Source: Candidatus Latescibacterota bacterium (GTDB lineage Bacteria > Latescibacterota > UBA2968). Taken from it: a stretch of DNA of 64,000 nt. Of the stretch, positions 34,560-46,500 are shown piece by piece. Both the position numbers and the translations under genes were made by a program. The stretch is taken from positions 128,001-192,000 of the forward strand of contig OZ242010.1 of assembly GCA_965204745.1 (NCBI GenBank), read 5' to 3'. Every line of letters starts with the position of its first letter. Within the stretch, counting starts at the first letter, position 1. Under the pieces are notes generated by a model. The model saw only the letters and a list, made by a program, of their open reading frames with translations, had not been told where the DNA came from and ran no database searches.

Positions 34560-37500
34560 CTAGGGGGGTAGGTCCCAATTCCCTATCGCAGTTGTTTCGC
34601 CTGTCGAGCCATAGATGGCGGCGAAGATGCGGAAATCGTCATAGTCAATTTGCCCATCGCCATTGAGATCGTACAGGGCGTCATATCGCTTTTGACCGAG
34701 CCGCGATTCGTACTTGACCACAAAGTTCGAGAAGTCGGCGAAATTCACAACCCCATCGCCATTGAAGTCGGGCGAGGGGAGTGAGACCTCGAGCGTGAAG
34801 GGCAGCGAGGCCGTATCGCCATCGGCTTCCAACGCGCTCAAGGTGTAGGTCGCCTGGGCCTTAGCCTCGGTCGGCAGACCGGAAAGGGTGCGCGTGGTCG
34901 GGTCAAACGATAGGCCCTCTGGGAGGAATGGCAAGAGGATATAGACCAACATCCCATCGTCATTGCTCGCTTGCGGGAGCGTTAGGGACGCGATCTCCTG
35001 ATTGACGAGATAGCTCTGTGGATCGATAGTCGTATCGCCAAAGGTCGGCATCCAATTCTGGACTTCAAGGGTGAACAGGAGATGCACTTCATCGCCATTG
35101 CCGTCTGTTGCGGTCAGCGTGTAGGTCGTCTCGTCCATGGCCTTGATCGGTGTGCCAGACGCGATGCGCGTCTCGGCGTCAAAGGTCAAGCCCTCGGGCA
35201 GATCGGGGAGTAGCGCGTAGGTCAGCGGTTTATCGCCACCGGTTGCCGGCGGTAGGGTCAAGGGATCGATCTTTTGATATTGCACATAGCCCTGTGCGGC
35301 GACGGTCGTCTCGCCGAAGGTCGGTATCGGATCGGTCATTACAGAGAGGATGAACATCAAGGTCGCCTCGTCGCCATTTCTGTCTGTTGCGGTCAGCGTA
35401 TAGGTCGTGTCGGCTATCGCCTCGAGCGGCGTGCCAGACAGCACCCGCGTCTTTTTATCGAAACTCAAGCCCTCGGGCAGATCCGGGGTCAGCGCGTAGG
35501 TCAGTGGTTTATCGCCACCGGTCGCTTGTGGGAGCGTCAGGGACTCGATCTCTTGCTTTCGCATATAGGCTTGGGCGGCCACACTCGCATCGCCAAAAGA
35601 GGGTATCGGGTTCGCGATGACGGTGAGGAAGAAACTCAGGCCGGCCTCATCGCCATCTTCTTCTGTGGCGGTTAGGGTGTAGATCGCTTTTTTTATTGCC
35701 TTAAGTGGTGTGCCAGACACAGTGAGCGTCTCCGCGTCAAAGGTCAAGCCCTCGGGCAGATCCGGCAGGCTGTACGTTAATGTTCTCATCGTCTCATCGC
35801 CATATAGCACCGCGGCGGGCAGGGTCAGCGGTTTAATGGCCCTGTGTTGATAGTAGCTTTGCGGATCAACGGCATCGGTGAAGGTCAGTTCCGTATCCGG
35901 TTCTGGTTCTGGCTCGGGTTCTGGCTCTGGCTCGGGTTCTGGTTCTGGCTCGGGTTCTGGAGTAGCGGGCCTCTCGGGGGGATCGTCTTCCTCAATGGTT
36001 AGGGTCACGGGAGACGCTAGCGACGCCAGATTGCCACCCGTCACCGTTGCAGACACGGTCACGCGCTTGTCAGGCTCATTGAACGAGTTGTCCACGGCTG
36101 TGATCGTCACGGTGCCCGTGCTCGTCGTTTGCCCCGCCGCGACGGTCAGCGTGGTCGTGGTCGATAGCGTGAAGTCATCCACAGACGATTCAGCCTCAGT
36201 TGAGACAGTGATCGTCGTCGCTTCGGTTGCGGGCCGATCTAGCGTCGCCGTTACTGTCGAAACTCCGCCATTCTCCGTAATCGCCACCGGAGACAAAACC
36301 AACGTCACCTGCGGCACGTCGTCATCGGTAATCGTCAGCGTCGCAGAAGTGACCGATCCCGCGCCCTGGCTGTTGGATGGCGTGCCCGTCACGGTTACCG
36401 TCTTGCTCCCCGAAGCGATATTGTTGTTCACTGTCGTGATCGTCACGATGCCCGTGCTCGTCGTTTGCCCGGCCGCGACGGTCAGCGTGGTCGCCGTGCT
36501 CAGAGTGTAGTCGGATGATGTAGGCACGGAAACCGCGATCGTCGTCGCCTCGCTCGACGGGTGAGACAGCGTCGCTGTCACTGTCGAAACCCCGCCGTTC
36601 TCCGAAATCGACGCAGGCGACACAACCATCGTCACGGCCGGCGCAACATCGTCGTCCGTCAGCGTCAAAGAGCCCCCGGTCACACTGCCCGCGCCTTGGT
36701 CGTTGCGCGCCACACCGGTCACGACCACGTTGCGTGGAGGCGCGTCTCGGTTGTTGTCCACGGACGTGATGATCACCGTGTCCGCAGTGTTCGCAGTTTG
36801 CCCGGCCGCGATGGCAATCGTCGAATCCGTCGCCCCCACCGTGTAAGCACCAGGCACCGAGCGCACCGTGATCGTCGTGATCGCGCTCGACTTGTGAGAC
36901 AGCGTCGCCGTGATCGTCGAGACCGCGCCGTTCTCTGAAATCGACGAAGGATCCGGCGTCAACATCACCGTCGGTGGATCGTCGTCATCTGTGATCGTCA
37001 GGGGCTCGGAAGACGATAGCGACGCCAGATTGCCAGCCGCCACCGTTGCAGACACGGTCACGCGCTTGTTCGGCGCATCGGTCGTATCGTTCACCGCCGT
37101 GATCGTCACGGTACCGGTGCTCGTCGTCACACTCGCCGCGATAGTCAGCGTGGTCGTGGCCGATAACGTGAAGTCACCCGCAACCGCAGGCGACACAGCC
37201 AGTGCTGAAACCGTGATCGTCGTCGCCGCGGTCGCAGTGCGATCCAGCGTCGCTGTGATCGTGGAAACCCCGCCATTCTCCGAAATCGACGACGGAGACA
37301 AAACCAACATCACCTGCGCCACGTCGTCATCGGTAATCGTCAGCGTCGCAGGAGTGACCGACGACCCTACGCCCACGCTGTTGGATGGCGTGCCCGTCAC
37401 GGTCACCGTCTTGCTCCCCGAAGCGATATTGTTGTTCACCGTCGTGATCGTCACGGTGCCCGTGCTCGTCGTTTGCCCGGCCGAGACGGTCAGCGTGGTC

Positions 37501-40500
37501 GCCGTGCTCAATGTGTAGTCGGATGACGTAGGCACGGAAACCGTAATCGTCGTCGCCGCGCTCGATGGGCGATTCAGCGTCGCCGTCACAGTTGAAACCT
37601 CAATGTTCTCCGAAATTGACGACGGAGACACTGCCATCGTCACGTCCGGCGCGGCCTCATCCTCTGTGATCGTCAAAGTCGCGGCGGTCACATTGCCCGC
37701 GCCTTGGGCGTTGCCCGCCACACCGGACACGGTCACACGCTTGTCACGCGCATGGGTCGTGTTGTTCACGGCCGTGATCGTCACACTGCCCGTGCTCGTC
37801 GTCTCGCCCGCCGCGACGGTCAGCGTCTTCGTGGTCGATAGCGTGAAATCGCCCGCAACCGCAGGCGACACAGCCTCTGCTGATACCGTGATCGTCGTCG
37901 CCGCGCTTGACTTGTGAGACAGCGTCGCCGTGATCGTGGAAACGCCGCTCGCCTCTGAAATCGACGCGGGCGACAGCGATAGTGCCACCGTCGGCGCGGC
38001 ATCATCGTCGGTGATCGTCAGGGTCACATCAGACGGGGCAGACGCCAGATTGCCAGCCGCCACCGTTGCAGACACGGTCACGCGCTTATTCGGCGCATCG
38101 GTCGTATCGTTCACCGAGGTGATCGTCACGGTGCCCGTGCTCGTCGTCACACTCGCCGCGATAGTCAGCGTGGTCGTGGCCGATAGCGTGAAATCGCCCG
38201 CAACCGCAGGCGACACAGCCTCCGCTGAAACCGTGATCGTCGTCGCCGTGGTCGCGGGGCGATTTAGCGTCGCCGTTACGGTCGAAACCTTAGCATTTTC
38301 AGAAATCGACGCAGGAGACAAAACCAACGTCACCTGTGCCACGTCGTCATCGGTAATCGTCAGCGTCGCATCCGTGACCGATCCCGTGCCCACGCTGTTG
38401 GATGGCGTGCCCGTCACGGTCACCATCCTGTCCCCCGAAGCGTTGTTGTTGTCCACCGTCGTGATGACCACCATGTCCGACGCGTTCGCCGTTTGCCCGG
38501 CCGCGATGACAATCGTCGAATCCGTCGCCCCCACCGTGTAAGCACCAGGCACCGAGCGCACGGTGATCGTCGTCGCCGCGCTCGATGGGCGATTCAGCGT
38601 CGCCGTCACGGTTGAAACCTCGCCAGTCTCCGCAATCGACGTCGGGGACACTGCTATCGTCACGGCCGGCGCGGCCTCATCCTCTGTGATCGTCAACGCC
38701 GTGCCGGTCACACTACTGCCCACGCCTTGGTCATTACGTGGCACAACGGACACGGTCACACTGTTGTCCGGCGCATGGGTCGTGTTGTCCACTGCTGTGA
38801 TGAGCACCGTATCAGACGTGTTCGCCGTTTGCCCGGCCGCGATGACAATCGTCGAATCCGTAGCACCCACCGTGTAAGTACCAGGCACCGAGCGCACGGT
38901 GATCGTCGTCGCTTCGCTCGACTTGTGAGACAAGGTCGCCGTGATCGTGGAAACGCCGCTCGCCTCTGAAATTGACGCGGGCGATAGCGACAGGGCCACC
39001 GTCGGCGCGTCATCATCGTCGGTGATCGTCAGGGTCACGTCAGACGGGGCCGACGCCAGATTGCCAACCGCCACCGTTGCAGACACGGTTACGCGCTTGT
39101 TCGGCGCATCGGTCGTATCGTTCACCGAGGTGATCGTCACGGTACCGGTGCTCGTCGTCACACTCGCCGCGATAGTCAGCGTGGTCGTGGCCGATAGCGT
39201 GAAGTCACCCGCAACCGCAGGCGATACAGCCTCCGCTGAAACCGTGATCGTCGTCGCATCGGTCGCGGGGCGATCCAGCGTCGCTGTGATCGTGGAAACC
39301 CCGCCATTCTCCGAAATCGACGTCGGAGACAAAACCAACGTCACCTGCGCCACGTCGTCATCGGTAATCGTCAGCGTCGCATCCGTGACCGATCCCGTGC
39401 CCACGCTGTTGGATGGCGTGCCCGTCACGCTCACCATCCTGTCCCCCGAAGCGTTGTTGTTGTCCACCGTCGTGATGATCACCGTGTCCGATGTGTTCGC
39501 CGTTTGCCCGGCCGCGATGACAATCGTCGAATCCGTAGCCCCCACCGTGTAAGCACCAGGCACCGAGCGCACGGTGATCGTCGTCGCCGCGCTCGATGGG
39601 CGATTCAGCGTCGCCGTCACGGTTGAAACCGCGACGTTCTCCGAAATTGACGACGGTGACACCGCCATCGTCACGTCCGGCGGGGCCTCATCCTCTGTGA
39701 TCGTCAAAGTCGCGTCGGGCACATTGCCCACGCCTTGGGCATTGCCCGCCACACCGGATACGGTCACGCGCTTGTTCGGCGCATGGGTCGTGTTGTTCAC
39801 CGCCGTGATCGTCACACTGCCCGTGCTCGTCGTCTCGCCTGCCGCGAAGGTCAGTGTCTTCGTGGTCGATAGCGTGAAATCGCCCGCAACCGCAGGCGAT
39901 ACAGCCTCCGCTGATACCGTGATCGTCGTCGCCGCGCTCGATTCGTGAGACAAGGTCGCCGTGATCGTGGAAATGCCGCTCGCCTCTGAAATCGACGCGG
40001 GCGACAGCGACAGCGCCACCGTCGGCGCGGCATCATCGTCTGTGATCATCAGGGTCACATCAGACGGGGCCGACGCCATATTGCCACCCGCCGCCGTTCC
40101 GGACACGGTTACGCGCTTGTCCGGCGCATCGGTCGTATCATTCACCGATGTGATCGTCACGGTACCCGTGCTCGCCGTCGCATTCGCCGCAATCGTCAGC
40201 GTGGTCGCGGCCGATAGCGTGAAGTCACCCGCAACCGCAGGCGATACAGCCTCCGCTGAAACCGTGATCGTCGTCGCCGTGGTCGCGGGGCGATTTAGCG
40301 TCGCCGTTACGGTCGAAACCTCGGCATTTTCAGAAATCGACGTCGGAGACAAAACCAACGTCGCCTGTGCCACGTCGTCATCGGTAATCGTCAGCGTCGC
40401 ATCAGTGACCGACGACCCTACGCCCACGCTGTTAGTTGGCGTGCCCGTCACGGTTACCGTCTTGTCCCCCGAAGCGATGTTGTTGTTCACCGTCGTGATC

Positions 40501-43500
40501 GTCACGCTGCCGGTGCTCGTCGTTTGCCCGGCCGCGACGGTCAGCGTCTTCGCCGTGCTCAGCATGTAATCGCCTACAACCGCAGGTGACACAGGCGTTA
40601 CCGAAACCGTGATCGTCGTCGCCGCGCTCGATGGGCGATTCAGCGTCGCCGTCACGGTTGAAACTGCGACGTTCTCCGAAATTGACGTAGGTGCCACCGC
40701 CATCGTTACGTCCGGCGCGGCCTCATCCTCTGAGATCGTCAAAGTCGCGTCGGGCACATTGCCCACGCCTTGGGCATTGCCCGCCGCACCGGATACGGTC
40801 ACGCGCTTGTTCGGCGCATGGGTCGTGTTGTTCACCGCCGTGATCGTCACACTGCCCGTGCTCGTCGTCTCGCCTGCCGCGAAGGTCAGTGTCTTCGTGT
40901 TCGATAGCGTGAAATCGCCCGCAACCGCAGGCGATACAGCCTCCGCTGATACCGTGATCGTCGTCGCTTCGCTCGACTTGTGAGACAAGGTCGCCGTGAT
41001 CGTGGAAATGCCGCTCGCCTCCGAAATCGACGCGGGCGACAGCGATAGTGCCACCGTCGGCGCGGCCTCATCGTCGGTGATCGTCAGCGTCACATCAGAC
41101 GGGGCAGACGCCAGATTGCCAGCCGCCACCGTTCCGGACACGGTCACGCGCTTGTTGGGCGCATCGGTCGTATCATTCACCGATGTGATCGTCACGCTAC
41201 CCGTGCTCGTCGTCACACTCGCCGCGATAGTCAGCGTGGTCGTGGCCGATAGCGTGAAGTCACCCGCAACCGCAGGCGATACAGCCTCCGCTGAAACCGT
41301 GATCGTCGTCGCCGTGGTCGCGGGGCGATTTAGCGTCGCCGTTACGGTCGAAACCTTGGCATTTTCAGAAATCGACGCAGGAGACAAAACCAACGTCACC
41401 TTTGCCACGTCGTCATCGGTAATCGTCAGCGTCGCAGCCGTGACCGATCCCGTGCCCACGCTGTTGGATGGCGTGCCCGTCACGGTCGCCATCCTGTCCC
41501 CCGAAGCGATGTTGTTGTCCGCCGTCGTGATGACCACCGTGTCCGATGTGTTCGCCGTTTGCCCGGCCGCGATGACAATCGTCGAATCCATCCCCACCGT
41601 GTAAGCACCGGTCACGGGCCGCACGGTGATCGTCGTCGCCGCGCTTGATGGGCGATTCAGCGTCGCTGTCACGGTTGAAACCGCGCCATTCTCAGAAATT
41701 GACGTAGGCACCACTGCCATCGTCACGTCCGGCGGGTCCTCATCCTCTGTGATCGTCAACGCCGTGCCGGTCACACTACTGCCCACGCCTTGGTCGTTGC
41801 TCACCTCAACGGGCACGGTCACACTGTTGTTCGGCGCATGGGTCGTGTTGTCCACTGCTGTGATGAGCACCGTGTCCGTCGCGTTCGCCGTTTGCCCGGC
41901 CGCGATGACAATCGTCGAATCCGTCGCCCCCACCGTGTAAGCACCAGGCACCGAGCGCACGGTGATCGTCGTGATCTCGCTCGACTTGTGAGACAAGGTC
42001 GCCGTGATCGTGGAAACGCCGCTCGCCTCTGAAATCGACGCGGGCGATAGCGTCAGTGCCACCGTCGGCGCGGCCTCATCGTCGGTGATCGTCAGCGTCA
42101 CGTCAGACGGGGCCGACGCCAGATTGCCAGCCGCCACCGTTCCGGACACGGTCACGCGCTTGTTCGGCGCATCGGTCGTATCATTCACCGATGTGATCGT
42201 CACGGTACCGGTGCTCGCCGTCGCATTCGCCGCAATCGTCAGCGTCTTCGTGGTCGATAGCATGAAATCGCCCGCAACCGCAGGCGACACAGCCTCCGCT
42301 GAAACCGTGATCGTCGTCGCATCGGTCGCGGGGCGATTTAGTGTCGCCGTTACGGTCGAAACCTTGGCATTTTCAGAAATCGACGCCGGAGACAAAACCA
42401 ACGTCACCTGCGCCATGTCGTCATCGGTAATCGTCAGCGTCGCAGCCGTGACCGATCCCGTGCCCACGCTGTTGGATGGCGTGCCCGTCACGGTCACCAT
42501 CCTGGCCCCCGAAGCGATGGCGTTGTCCACCGTCGTGATGAGCACCGTATCCGTCGCGTTCGCCGTTTGCCCGGCCGCGATGACAATCGTCGAATCCGTC
42601 GCACCCACCGTGTAAGCACCAGGCACCGAGCGCACGGTGATCGTCGTCGCCGCGCTCGATGGGCGAGACAGCGTCGCCGTCACGGTTGAAACCGCGACGG
42701 TCTCCGAAATTGACGTAGGTGACACTGCTATCGTCACGTCCGGCGGGTCCTCATCTTCTGTGATCGTCAACGCCGTGCCGGTCACACTACTGCCCACGCC
42801 TTGGTCGTTACGTGGCACAACGGACACGGTCACACTGTTGTTAGGCGCATGAATCATGTTGTCCACTGCTGTGATGAGCACCGTGTCCGTCGCGTTCGCC
42901 GTTTGTCCGGCCGCGATGACAATCGTCGAATCCGTCGCCCCCACCGTGTAAGCCCCGGCCACCGGGCGCACGGTGATCGTCGTCGCTTCGCTCGATTCGT
43001 GAGACAGGGTCGCCGTGATCGTGGAAATGCCGCTCGCCTCCGAAATCGACGCGGGCGACAGCGACAGTGCCACCGTCGGCGCGGCATCATCGTCTGTAAT
43101 CGTCAGGGTCACGTCAGACGGGGCAGACGCCATATTGCCACCCGTCGCCGTTCCGGACACGGTTACGCGCTTGTCCGGCGCATCGGTCGTATTGTTCACC
43201 GATGTGATCGTCACGATGCCCGTGCTCGTCGTCTCACTCGCCGCAATCGTCAGCGTCTTCGCGGCCGATAGCGTGAAATCGCCCGCAACCGCAGGCGATA
43301 CAGCCTCCGCTGATACCGTGATCGTCGTCGCCTCGGTCGCGGGGCGATTTAGTGTCGCCGTTACGGTCGAAACCTTGGCATTTTCAGAAATCGACGTCGG
43401 AGACAAAACCAACGTCACCTGTGCCACGTCGTCATCGGTAATCGTCAGCGTCGCAGCCGTGACCGACGACCCTACGCCCACGCTGTTAGCTGGCGTGCCC

Positions 43501-46500
43501 GTCACGGTTACCGTCTTGTCCCCCGAAGCGATGTTGTTGTTCACCGTCGTGATCGTCACGGTGCCGGTGCTCGTCGTCTCGCCCGCCGCTATCGTCAGCG
43601 TCTTCGCCGTGCTCAGCGTGTAATCGCCTACAACCGCAGGTAATACAGGCGTTACTGAAACCGTGATCGTCGTCGCCGCGCTTGATGGGCGATTCAGCGT
43701 CGCCGTCACGGTTGAAACTGCGACGTTCTCCGAAATCGACGTAGGCGCCACCGCCATCGTTACCTCCGGCGCGGCCTCATCCTCTGTGATCGTCAAAGTC
43801 GCGTCGGGCACATTGCCCACGCCTTGGGCATTGCCCGCCGCACCGGATACGGTCACGCGCTTGTTCGGCGCATGGGTCGTGTTGTTCACGGCCGTGATCG
43901 TCACACTGCCCGTGCTCGTCGTCTCGCCTGCCGCGAAGGTCAGTGTCTTCATGGTCGATAGCGTGAAATCGCCCGCAACCGCAGGCGATACAGCCTCCGC
44001 TGATACCGTGATCGTCGTCGCTTCGCTCGACTTGTGAGACAAGGTCGCCGTGATCGTGGAAACGCCGCTCGCCTCTGAAATTGACGCGGGCGACAGCGAC
44101 AGCGCCACCGTCGGCGCGGCCTCATCGTCGGTGATCGTCAGCGTCACATCAGACGGGGCAGACGCCAGATTGCCAGCCGCCACCGTTGCAGACACGGTCA
44201 CGCGCTTGTCCGGCGCATCGGTCGTATCGTTCACCGATGTGATCGTCACGCTGCCCGTGCTCGCCGTCGCATTCGCCGCAATCGTCAGCGTGGTCGCGGC
44301 CGATAGCGTGAAATCACCCGCAACCGCAGGCGATACAGCCTCCGCTGAAACCGTGATCGTCGTCGCCGTGGTCGCGGGGCGATTTAGTGTCGCCGTTATG
44401 GTCGAAACCTTGGCATTTTCAGAAATCGACGTCGGAGACAAAACCAACGTCACCTGCGCCATGTCGTCATCGGTAATCGTCAGCGTCGCAGCCGTGACCG
44501 ATCCCGTGCCCACGCTGTTGGATGGCGTGCCCGTCACGGTCACCATCCTGGCCCCCGAAGCGATGTTGTTGTCCACCGTCGTGATGACCACCATGTCCGA
44601 TGTGTTCGCCGTTTGCTCGGCTGCGATGACAATCGTCGAATCCGTCGCCCCCACCGTGTAAGCACCAGGCACCGAGCGCACGGTGATCGTCGTCGCCGCG
44701 CTCGATGGGCGATTCAGCGTCGCCGTCACGGTTGAAACCGCGCCAGTCTCCGCAATCGACGTAGGTGACACCGCCATCGTCACGTCCGGCGGGTCCTCAT
44801 CCTCTGTGATCGTCAACGCCGTGCCGGTCACACTACTGCCCACGCCTTGGTCGTTGCTCACCTCAACGGGCACGGTCACACTGTTGTTCGGCGCATGAAT
44901 CATGTTGTCCACTGCTGTGATGAGCACCGTATCCGTCGCGTTCGCCGTTTGCCCGGCCGCGATGACAATCGTCGAATCCGTCGCACCCACCGTGTAAGCA
45001 CCAGGCACCGAGCGCACGGTGATCGTCGTCGCCGCGCTCGATTCGTGAGACAGGGTCGCCGTGATCGTGGAAACGCCGCTCGCCTCTGAAATTGACGCGG
45101 GCGACAGCGACAGTGCCACCGTCGGCGCGGCCTCATCGTCGGTGATCGTTAGGGTCACGGCAGACGGGGCAGACGCCATATTGCCACCCGTCGCTGTTCC
45201 AGACACGGTTACGCGCTTGTCCGGTGCATCGGTCGTATCGTTCACCGATGTGATCGTCACGGTACCGGTGCTCGTCGTCACACTCGCCGCGATAGTCAGC
45301 GTGGTCGCGGTCGATAGCGTGAAATTGCCCGCAACCGCAGGCGATACAGCCTCCGCTGATACCGTGATCGTCGTCGCCTCGGTCGCGGGGCGATCTAGCG
45401 TCGCCGTTACGGTCGAAACCTCGGCATTTTCAGAAATCGACGCAGGAGACAAAATCAACATCACCTGCGCCACGTCGTCATCGGCAATCGTCAGCGTCGC
45501 AGGAGTGACCGACGACCCTACGCCCACGCTGTTAGTTGGCGTGCCCGTCACGGTTACCGTCTTGTCCCCCGAAGCGATGTTGTTGTTCACCGTCGTGATC
45601 GTCACGCTGCCCGTGCTCGTCGTCTCGCCCGCCGCGACGGTCAGCGTCTTGTCCGTGCTCAGCGTGTAATCGCCTACAACCGCAGGTAACACAGGCGTTA
45701 CTGAAACCGTGATCGTCGTCGCCGCGCTCGATGGGCGAGACAGCGTCGCCGTCACGGTCGAAACCGCGCCAGTCTCCGCAATTGACGTAGGCTCCACTGC
45801 TATCGTCACGTCCGGCGCGGCCTCATCCTCTGTGATCGTCAACGCCGTGCCGGTCACAATACTGCCCACGCCTTGGTCGTTATGTGGCACAACGGGCACG
45901 GTCACACTGTTGTTCGGCGCATGGGTCGTGTTGTCCACCGCTGTGATGATCACCGTGTCCGTCGCGTTCGCCGTTTGCCCGGCCGCGATGACAATCGTCG
46001 AATCCGTCGCCCCCACCGTGTAAGCACCAGGCACCGAGCGCACGGTGATCGTCGTCGCTTCGCTCGACTTGTGAGACAAGGTCGCCGTGATCGTGGAAAC
46101 GCCGCTCGCCTCTGAAATCGACGCGGGCGATAGGGTCAGTGCCACCGTCGGCGCGGCATCATCGTCGGTGATCGTCAGGGTCACATCATCCGGGGCCGAC
46201 GCCAGATTGCCAGCCGCCACCGTTCCGGACACGGTCACGCGCTTGTCCGGTGCATCGGTCGTATCGTTCACCGATGTGATCGTCACGGTGCCCGTGCTCG
46301 TCGTCACACTCGCCGCGATAGTCAGCGTGGTCGTGGCCGATAGCGTGAAATCGCCCGCAACCGCAGGTGATACAGCCTCCGCTGAAACCGTGATCGTCGT
46401 CGCCGTGGTCGCGGGGCGATTTAGTGTCGCCGTTACGGTCGAAACCTTGGCATTTTCAGAAATCGACGTCGGAGACAAAATCAACGTCACCTGCGCCACG

